A stretch of DNA of 64,000 nucleotides. Origin: the human T2T-CHM13v2.0 reference genome, Homo sapiens. Positions 53,866-64,000 of the stretch are shown here, piece after piece. Numbering within the stretch: the stretch's first letter is position 1; the number at the start of each line of letters is the position of its first letter. The notes beneath the pieces were generated by a model. That model saw only the letters and a program-made list of their open reading frames with translations. It did not search any database and was not told the DNA's origin. The stretch lies in the NCBI RefSeq assembly GCF_009914755.1, contig NC_060926.1. One strand, 5' to 3'. Both the position numbers and the translations under genes were made by a program.

Positions 53866-55111
53866 GTAAGTCCTGTAGATGGGGTCACTGTTTAGCTGAA
53901 AGGGTGCAGGAATCTTCTTTGGATCTTATACCAGTGGTGGACACTGTCTTTGTTGCAAAGCTAGGGGAAATTGGATGTGTGTGTCTTACTGTGAAAAACT
54001 GCCTTGGATAGCCAAAATTTCATCAAAATCTGATTTTACTTAAAATATTTTTTTGCATCATTTACTTAGTCTGTTGATAAGCTGAGAACATTTATGATTA
54101 ACCTCTGATTTTTAGCAGTTTTTAAAGATGAAGTACTGGTGTTTAGTCATTTTTCATAATGTGACTTAAATATTCATCCAGGCACGAGATTTAAAGGTGA
54201 ATACACTTGATGGTTTATTTGCATTGCTTATTTCCACTTGTTACTTCAAACGGATTAAAAAACCAATAGTGAAAAAAGGTTCAGAAAGTGTAAATGAAAT
54301 GTTAAGTGACCTGTGAGAATTACACAATACGTGGTGTGAAATATTTAAACAGTGAAAAAAGTAACTATTTATAAATATATTAAAAATGTTATAAAAATTT
54401 ATTACCTGAATGCAATTTTAAAAGTATGTTCTTTGTTAACAATTTTTCAATTTCTTTCATATTGTCTTCAGCATTAAAATCTTTCCTTAAATTGAAAATA
54501 ATTTAAAACTATGCCATGAGCACAGCAACTCAAGGTTTAATGGTGTTCACGACTCGGCACAGACACCCGCTCTACATGCTAAACATGTGGAAGTTATACA
54601 CCTTATCAGTGCCTTTGTTAATGTCAAATCATGATACTGAGTATTCTGTTAGTTTACCATTTATTTAAAATTTATAGCATAATATCAAAGTTTATTGTAA
54701 TACCATGTTTAGGTTTTTATCAACTTACTTGACAATAAACTATATTTATTTGAAAGTGTAATTTGAAGAACTTTGAAAAATGTATATACTCATGAATCTG
54801 CCACAAGTGTCAAAATGCAGGACATTTTCCTCAGCCCCAGATGTTCCTCCTGTTCACTTATCATTCATTCCTTGTTGTACCCTTGGCCCCAGGGAGCCTC
54901 TGGTCAGCTTTCTGTCCCTCAATTACATATTCCTAAGTGGAACTCGACAGAACGTCCTCTTTATGTTTTGTTTTTGGCATTTTGCACTTGCTGGTACAAT
55001 ATGTATTTTTTCAGAAACATGTTATTTGTGTGTGAGTCTGCAAAATGAATTCTTTCCATCGTCTGGGAGAGCATGCTGGACTACACATGGTGTTCTGCCT
55101 CCGGTCCTGAC

Positions 55112-55548
55112 GTATTCGTGTCTCAGGGCTGCTGAATGAAGCACCCCAGGCTGAGTGCCTTCAAACAGTAGAAATTTATTCTTTCACAGATCTGAAGGCC
55201 AGAACTCCCAAACTGAGGTGTCGGCAGGGCTGTGCTCCCTCTGGGACTCTGGGCAGAAGGCGTCCTTGCCTCTTCCAGCTGCTGGTGCTAGCTGTCCATT
55301 CACGGCCTTCCTTGGTCAGCCTCTTCAGTTTCTCCAAGCTCCACTGTTGCTGTCTCTGTCTCTGTGTGGTATTTCCTCTCCTAAGAACACCAGTTTGTGG
55401 AATTTAGGGTCTCCCATAATCAATCTGACCTCATCTTAACTAATTACACCTGCAAACACCCTTTGTTCCAAATAAAGTCTCATGCATAGGTAACAGAAGT
55501 GAGAACTTAAACACATCTTTTCGGGAGACACAATTCAACTCTTAACAC
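55112..55548 (-). mobile_element. MLT1-type LTR
   Basis: AAACAGTAGAAATTTATTCTTTCACAG...GACCTCATCTTAACTAATTACACCTGCAAA...GACACAATTCAAC. Confidence 0.8.
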
Positions 55549-56390
55549 CCAGTTCTGTCATTGGTTCTAAGATTCTAAATATCTCTGGGATGCTTGTTTT
55601 AAATGATACCCTCCACAGAAAGCTCAAAAATTGCCAGCAAAAGTTTCAAGGACAAAAGGCAAGAAAGGATATGGCTGGACGAGTTCTTACTACTGGGCAA
55701 GATTCCAATAACAGGAAGACTGAGGCCATGATGCGCAGTTTGCAGAATGTTTCATACAAACCATCTCTGTCTTTGCAGTGCACCTGTTGGAAAGGGGTAT
55801 CATCATGAGGAGGAGAGTGAGGGTGAGGAGGATGGTTTGGCAAGTGGGAAAATAGACCAGGAGCATTTGTATTACTCACCCAAAGTCGTGCATTTAGGGG
55901 GTGGTAGAGTCAGGATGGAGGCTCACGTCCTCACTGCAAAATGGGTCCTCACCCACCTCATCTGCCCTCTGGCCACCAGGGAGATGAGTAGTGGGACTGG
56001 ATGACCTCTCACGTCCCTTCTGCTGCTAGCACTGCATGGGGTTCTCTGTCTGCACCGTCTTTGGCCCAAATGGTGCACATGCAAGCATGGTATTTGGCAG
56101 CCAGTCTTCAACACTCACAACAGCTGTGAGTTTGGGCTCTCTGCATTTCCATAGCTTCAGTGTTTGGCTGGAGGAATGATTAATGATAAAAGAAGAAAAA
56201 AATGGTCTGAAATCCAGATACTTCAGCCAAGTATCATATGGCTAAGTCCCAGTTGTTATAAATAATAAAATAATGACATCACTCTCCTCTGTGATCCAAT
56301 ATGGTGTGAGAGGAAAATAAATTACTTATCATTTGCGAGTTCTAGCTATATTTTATATTGTTTTACTTCTTTTCAACATGTTTTTCTCAG

Positions 56391-56560
56391 TTGTTTCAAC
56401 ACGATGAGCTGTATTCCTGTCAGTTTTATCTCAGCATTCGGCATATAAAACATTCCTCAACTCACTTACAGATACATTTTATTTGCTTTTCCAATGGCTG
56501 GAAAAGCTCAGGACACAGTTGGAACTTAATTCTCCTGATCCCAAAGTTCTGGTGACATAA
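56391..56560 (+). pseudogene. Candidate exon (LFQHDELY... / ...SLTDTFYLLFQWLEKLRTQLELNSPDPKVLVT)
   Basis: Good acceptor tgtttttctcag and protein-like composition at the expected position; the exact alignment is ambiguous. Confidence 0.35.
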
Positions 56561-56915
56561 GTGGGTGGGTACCTTTGAGGAATTAGGTGCCATCACACAT
56601 CTTAAGGGACACATCCCTGAGCCCTGAAAATGGAAATCTTTGGAACGCAAACATGGAACTTAAATGACTTAGGCAGAGAATGCAATCTAATGAACTACAT
56701 TTCACCATTTACTTCAGTCTGGTTATAAAATTAAATCAGACACATGAGTAGTTTATTTTGAAAAGGCACTAGTTTCCCGTTGAGTAACAAAAGCAACATT
56801 CATTCACTCATTCATTCAACCACATTCATTAAATGCCCTCCAGGTGCCAGGCTTGTGCTGGGTTTTAGTGAATGGACCTGAGTCAGAGTCCTCGTCTTTA
56901 AGGAGAATTTATTCT

Positions 56916-57180
56916 TTTTATTTTATTTTATTATTATTATACTTTAAGTTTTAGGGTACATGTGCACAATGTGCAGGTTAGTTACATATGTATACATGTG
57001 CCATGCTGCTGTGCTGCACCCATTAACTCGTCATTTAGCATTAGGTATATCTCCTAAAGCTATCCCTCCCCCCTCCCCCCACCCCAACCAAACACCGCAT
57101 ATTCTCACTCACAGCTGGGAATTGAACAATGAGAACACATGGACGCAGGAAGGGGAACATCACACTCTGGGGACTGTTGT
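56916..57180 (-). mobile_element. 5'-truncated, 5'-inverted L1PA2/PA3 3' UTR insertion
   Basis: Antisense tail 56916-57086 and sense segment 57087-57180; TSD GGAGAATTTATTCT at 56902-56915 and 57181-57194. Confidence 0.93.
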
Positions 57181-57281
57181 GGAGAATTTATTCTAATAGG
57201 TTGGAATACATACAAACAAATACATGCTTTTAGATCTAACAGCCTAAGTGTAAAAGTAACAGGTAAGAAGAGTGTAAGTGA

Positions 57282-57642
<361 letters not shown>

Positions 57643-59201
57643 AGATTTTATTCTTGTAACTATTTTGTGGGGTGTTATGTCTCCACTTTCCAGGTGAGGG
57701 AAGGAAGGCTTAAAACCACATCAAAGCTTCCTTGGCAGGGACTGCAGTCACTGGGAGTCCTGCCCCTGCCCTGGAGAGGCCGCTTCTCCCCAGCCCTTTA
57801 CTGACTGTTCAGACCCACTTCGTGGACGGAGATGAGGCTCTCTCTCCGGTTCTTGTGTCAACACCTTCTGAATGATCTAGATCCATACTTCTTCCCTGCT
57901 TTCGCCTCGTTCTAGAAGTTGAGAGTTGACAGAGAAGCTAAGTGTTTGATTTCATTTATTTTTAACAAATTTAAATAGCCACATATGGCTGGTGGCTACC
58001 CCACTCCTTTTCCACCTCAGCTCAGGAACCACGCTCAGCTCCAGAGCTCCATCTCTTCCATTAACAAATCACAGGCACACGGAGGCTGCCACTCTTGGTC
58101 CTATTCCAAATAGCCAGAAAATCATCTGTAATAATCTGAGATCAGGCCAAATACACCTCCCTAGGTATGTTATTTTATATTATTTTCCCTTAATATGTGT
58201 TTCTCCCACTAGACTGGAGCAGCCTCGAGGGTAGGAACAGCACCCTGTGTATGCTGTCTTCAGAATGTAACGCAGCCTTTGGGAGGAAAAGTACATTCAT
58301 GACTGAGTTCAGCTAGGAAGGTACTGCATAGCTAATATGTTCAAGGCCTTATTCCAGGGACTCGACAAAGAAAAAGGCAGACCTGGACACTGCTCTCAGA
58401 GAGCTCACAGTCTAGTTCCATCACTGGAAGGCACGACTGCAATTTAATCAAATCATGGGACGAGCCTAGCATATTGCAGGCAATGAGGAAGTCTCAGAAG
58501 GGCATTTCTGGGCTGAAGTTTCTCCACCAGGGTGTCTAAAGAGGAGGAGTTTTCCAGGGGGCGCAGAAAGATTTGCAAAGGGAATAAGAAGGAGTATGTG
58601 GGATGTTTGGGAACAAAGCCAGTTTAGTGTGGCTTCCGAGGGTGATGAGAGATGAGTCTGCAGAGGGAAGCCGGGGTAAATCATCCAGGACTCTGCAGGC
58701 AGGTACAGGGTTTGAGCTTTATCCTAAAAGTAACAGAAAGCCATTGAAGTATGCTAGGCAGGGCGATGAGAGTCAGGTCTGTGTTCCATGAGGTCATTTT
58801 GGCTGCAAGATAGAATACAGATTGGAGGGGTGGGGCAAGTCTGGGGGCTGTTTATAGGTTTTTGGAGGCTGTGGAGTAGCACAGGTGGGATAAAGCTCTG
58901 GATGAGGATAAAGGCTGTGGCAACTGAGAACAATGGGTGAACTCAGGGTGCATTTACTTGGTATAAGCAGGAGAACGTGGCATTGGTGGATGTGGGAGCT
59001 GGCATAGAGAGAGAATCAATGAGGGGTTCCACCAGGGTTCCTGGCTTGGACAACATCTAGAACAACACAGTCACCCACCAACCCTGGCAGCATGGGAGCA
59101 GGAGCCGGCTGGAGCTGAGAGCAAGGAGTTTATTTTTTGATATGCCTAGTGTGGGAGAGCCTGTGGAGGTGACTAGGGGACAGCTGAACATAAGAGTTAC
59201 T

Positions 59202-60002
<801 letters not shown>

Positions 60003-60019
60003 AATGTGTTTTGGGAGAA

Positions 60020-60420
60020 AGTGAATATCTGTCCCACCAAATTTATATATTGATGTCCAAATGCAAATGCAATAGCAGTAAGAAGTGGGCCTTTAGGAGG
60101 GGATGAGGTTATGAGGACAGAGCCCTTATTGGGAGTAGTGCCCTTAGAAAAGATGTGGAAGGGATCTGTTTGTGACTTCCACCATGCGAGGACCATCTCT
60201 GAAGCCAGAGAGAGCCACCCCTCACCAGACACACTCTGTTGGCACCTCTATGCGAGGACCGTCTCTGAAGCCAGAGACTCCCACCCCTCACCAGACACAA
60301 CCTGCTGGCATCTTGATCTTGGACTTTCCAGCCTCCAGAAATGTGAGCAATAAATCTTTCTTGTTTCTAAATGACTCAGTCTAAGGTGTTTTGTTATAGC
60401 AGCAGGAATAAACTAAGACA
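60020..60420 (+). mobile_element. MST-type LTR with internal ~66-bp tandem duplication (60184-60315)
   Basis: ATGCGAGGACCRTCTCTGAAGCCAGAGA...CCCTCACCAGACACA occurs twice; ends AACTAAGACA. Confidence 0.8.
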
Positions 60421-61199
60421 CAATTTGACCCATAACAAGGTCGGCTGGAGGTATAGTCTTGGGATTTGTTGAGGTCACTCAGAAAGTGAAAGTGGGGTCA
60501 GAAGAGACACTAGCATTCGGATGAGCATCACCCTGTAAGGCTTAGGTTGAGGAACAGGAGCATAAAAGGGGAGCTGAGAAGGAGCTTCCAGAGAGGACGG
60601 GAAAACACCGGGAGGGTGTGGAGTACTAGAAGACGCAGAACTGGGATCAGTAGAGACAGATGTTCTTGACAGTCCAAGGAAGTTGGAATAGGGCAAGGGC
60701 TCGTCAGATTTCATGCAGGGTGGCTCTAGGCAGGGTTCAGAATGCAGAGAGAGGATTTGGCCTTAAGAGGAGACACAAAGCTTCCTTTGTGCAGAAGGAG
60801 CAATCACAGCAAAGACTAGAAAGTGAGACACTGCATGGTGTATCTGGCCAGTGGGACCTAGTGTGAGGTGGGTGAGGTGTAGTCCAGGGCTGGAAACATT
60901 AGGAGTTGAGGCTGAAAAACATGATGGAGACCATATTATGAAGGTTGCAATATGCCAAGCCAAGGATTGGGATTTCCACACTGGAAGCAGCTGACTTTCA
61001 ATGGTTCTCTACTGTTTAAAGGACAAAGATCTTACAGGATTTAGCATTGCTTTGCATTCAATATTCTCTCAATAAATATTGCAGATGTGCTTGGCTGAAC
61101 TTGATTTGGCTGCCTCTGCCCATCTTGACCTTGTCCTGTGAATATACGGGAAATTTTGTTCATATCCATGTAGTAATAGACTTTTCCACTGGCAATAAA

Positions 61200-61390
61200 T
61201 CTCATAAAGAATCTTTGTATTTAGGATTTATTGAAGATTACTCAAGTATAAATGTTACTGATGAACTCACAAGTCACATAGTCTAATCAGTAAACCTACA
61301 GAAGAAAAAGAAAGTGCTAAAGGCATTATTTTTTTCAAGAAAATGGAGTCTTCTTTTTCTTTAAAACCAAAAATTGTGCATGCTGATTGT
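61200..61390 (+). pseudogene. Cadherin-like beta-sandwich remnant: LGFIEDYSSINVTDELTSH ... TYR ... FQENGVFFFF
   Basis: Ungapped match to recalled CPED1 LGLGMNKISIFVVDESPAH (L,G,S,I,V,D,E,H shared), followed by fragments resembling TYK and YREDRPSLPLF. Confidence 0.5.
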
Positions 61391-61809
61391 GTAAATTATT
61401 TGGAAAAGCATAACATTTTAAATGTAAAATAATCCCTCGAATCCCAGCACCCAGAGCTAATGGTATTATTGTTTCGATGTAATCTCCTTGAGTAAAGAGT
61501 CTGTCTGGAGGCTCCACTTGTAAAGGTAATAAAAAAGGACAAGAGTTTGCTGAGGCTAATCATCGGCATGGTCCTGCAGGAAATCTGATGTTTTACAGCC
61601 ACAATATGTGTGCAGGGCTGTCTGTTCCATCATCCTCATGAATAGGAAGGTGGCATGTCTGGATGGCAGAGAAAGGAAACAAGTCCTGCATCCCTCAGCA
61701 GGTGTTTCATCCTGAGGCCTCAGTGGGACATCCTGCCCAGCCCAGGGTGAGGAGCCAAGGGGTGGGCCAGCCTGCTGAGCTTGGACTCCTAGCTGGGCAG
61801 GAACTGGGA

Positions 61810-62840
61810 CATATTAGCCAGGGTTCTCTAGAGGGACAGAACCAATAGGAGATATGTGTATATACATGAGAGGGGATTATTAGAGGGGATTGGCTCACAT
61901 GATCAGAGAGGTGAAGACTCAATTATGATGGCTAATATTGAGTGTCGATTGGATTGAAGGATGCAAAGTATTGATCCTGGGTGTGTCTGTGAGGGTGTTG
62001 CCAAAGGAGATTTACATTTGAGTCAGTGGGCTGAGAAAGGCAGACCCACCCTTAATCTGGGTGAGCACAATGTAATCAGCTGCCAGCGTGGCTAGGATAA
62101 ATGCAGGCAGGAGAATGTGAAAAGACTAGACTGGCTTAGCCTCCTAGCCTACATCTTTTTCCTGTGCTGGATGCTTCCTGCCCTCAAACACTGGACTTCA
62201 AGTTCTTCAGCTTTGGAATTCAGACTGGCTTCCTAGCTCCTTAGCTTGCAGATGGCCTATCATGGGACCTTGTGATCTTGTGAGTTTAATACTCCTTAAT
62301 AAACTCCCCATTATATATCTATCTATCCTATTAGTTCTGTCCCTCTAGAGAACCCTGACTAATACACTCATGACAGACCATCTGAATGCTGTGTCCCTGG
62401 CTCCCTAGTGCAGCTCCTGGAGAGGCTGGTGGTATGGCTCAGTCCAAGTCCAAAAGCCTCTGAACCAGGGATGCCTGGCAGTGCAGCCCCTAGTCTGATG
62501 TCAAACCCTGAGAGCCCCCAGGAAGCTGCTGGTGCAAATCCCAGAGTCCAAAAGCCAAGGAACCTAGAGTCTGATGTCCAAGGGCAGGAGGAGAAAAAGA
62601 CATCCTGCTTGGGAAGGGCGCTGGCTGAGCACTCCCCCTTTCCTCCCACTTTCTCCGAGATTGGCCCCCAGCCCACAAGACGGTGCTGCCCACATTGAAG
62701 GCAGGTCTTCCTCCTGCAGTCTGCAGGCACATGCTCAGCCCTTGCTGGAAACACCCTCACAGACACACCCAGGAGCAGAGCTTCACCAGCTGTGTGGGCC
62801 TCCCTCAGTGTCAGGCTGACATCTGTTACCAACCATCACC
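61810..62840 (-). mobile_element. MLT2B LTR with nested MLT2A
   Basis: ATTAGCCAGGGTTCTCTAGAGGGACAGAACCAATAGG...; resumes at ~62367 and ends CAACCATCAC. Confidence 0.85.
61924..62366 (+). mobile_element. MLT2A1-type LTR
   Basis: TATGATGGCTAATATTGAGTGTC...GGATTGAAGGATGCAAAGTATTGATCCTGGGTGTG...CCCTGACTAATACA. Confidence 0.9.
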
Positions 62841-63166
62841 TAGAGTGAGAAGAGTCCTGTGTGGCTCAGTGATTGAAGACTCAGTGCCTTGCCTGGCCCA
62901 TCTCAAGGGTTTGCTGCATGTTGGCTGTTGTTATTAGCTTATTGGTTGATTCTTTCCTGCTCTCACAGTTTGTCTCCCTAAGATGTTGTGGGAGGCACGT
63001 GGAGGAGCTTGTGGGGGCACAGGTCCTCCTTGTGGGGGCACAGGTCTGCCTGACCCATTGGCTGGTGCACCCTCCCTATGGTGTATGTGCAGCTTGAGGC
63101 CAGGCAATAAGTACATGCAGCTGCACGTTGCTGTGAGTATAAGGCATTTAAGAAAAATCCTTTCTT

Positions 63167-63790
63167 GGCCAGGTATAGTGGCTCACACCTGTAATCCCAG
63201 CACTTTGGGAGGCCAAGGCAGGAGGATTGCCTGAGATCAGGAGTTTGGGACTAGCCTGGGCAACATATCGAGACCCTGTCTCTAAAATTTTTTTTTTTTT
63301 TAATTAGCTTGGCATGGTGGCACACACCTATTATTCCAGGTTATATTAGTCCATTTTCATGCTGCTGATAAAGACATACCTGAGACTGAGCAATTTACGA
63401 AAGAAAGAAATTTAACTGGACTTACAGTTCCATGTGGTTGGGGAAACCTCACAATCATGGCGGAAGGCAAGGAGGAGCAAGTCACATCTTACATGGATGG
63501 CAGCAGGTGAAAAATGAGAGTTTGTGCAGCAGATTGCTTCTTTTTAAAACCATCAGATCTTACGAGACTTATTCTCTATCATGAGAATAGCATGGGAAAA
63601 ACTTGCCCTCATGATTCAGTTACCTCCCACCAGGTCTCTCTCTCAACATGTGGGAATTCAAGATGAGATTTGGGTGGGGACACAGTCAAACCATATGACA
63701 CGTACTTTGGAGGCTGCAGTGAGCTCTGATCTTGCCACTGTACTCCAGCTTGGGTGACAGGGCAAGACCCTGTCTCTAAAAAAAAAAAAA
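63167..63790 (+). mobile_element. AluJ split by THE1B
   Basis: Left part 63167-63341; right part resumes at ~63699 and runs to the poly-A. Confidence 0.88.
63342..63698 (-). mobile_element. THE1B solo LTR
   Basis: TATATTAGTCCATTTTCATGCTGCTGATAAAGACATACC...CAAACCATATGA; degenerate TSD CAGGT/CACGT. Confidence 0.92.
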
Positions 63791-64000
63791 ATTCTGTCTT
63801 AGGCTGGTATATCATAGCCACTTTTCAAGACATTGAGAGGACATTTTTGGGCTATAGAGGAGGGTGGCCTTCTGGGCTATAAAAATAACTCTGTTATTTT
63901 TCTTTAATTCTCAGTTTTCTCATCTTAAAGTTGGGGCAACTAAGTGGCCCACGCCAGTGCTTCCTTAGGATCCCATGAGGTTATACACGCACACACAAAG

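Noticed and set aside
55590-55808. ORF containing YKPSL, reminiscent of MGAT4 YKPSLFQH
   Set aside because: Only five residues match and there are no other MGAT4 motifs.
56391-56560. TDTFYLL..QWLEKL read as a PH-domain C-terminal strand and helix
   Set aside because: The spacing is too short and the surrounding blocks fit the CPED1/TTL-like model better.
57813-57915. HLLNDLDPYFFP resembling CPED1 HPHLELNPDFHP
   Set aside because: Short match with no continuation or donor; may be chance.

Overview
Primate (human-like) genomic DNA, roughly half interspersed repeats: a HERV-H 5' LTR with leader, old L1M/L2/MIR, AluJ/S/Y, MaLR, MLT2, MER41, LTR8, LTR12, MER57, and Tigger/MER1/MER58 DNA transposons. 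No intact protein-coding gene, RNA gene or CRISPR array is visible, and no ORF in the supplied track looks like a functional CDS. The main hidden feature is a chain of short + strand exon-like blocks from ~19.25 kb to at least ~61.4 kb, many with canonical splice sites and compatible intron phases. Spliced together they give a decayed type II membrane protein: signal-anchor, then a Pro/Glu/Gln-rich repeat stem, then a tubulin-tyrosine-ligase (TTL)-like ATP-grasp region, then a cadherin-like beta-sandwich remnant. Motif order and local matches resemble CPED1 (C7orf58), so this looks like an unprocessed pseudogene of a lost CPED1 paralog. The homology was judged by eye against recalled sequences and needs tBLASTn/HMM confirmation. 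Repeat subfamily names are also from memory.
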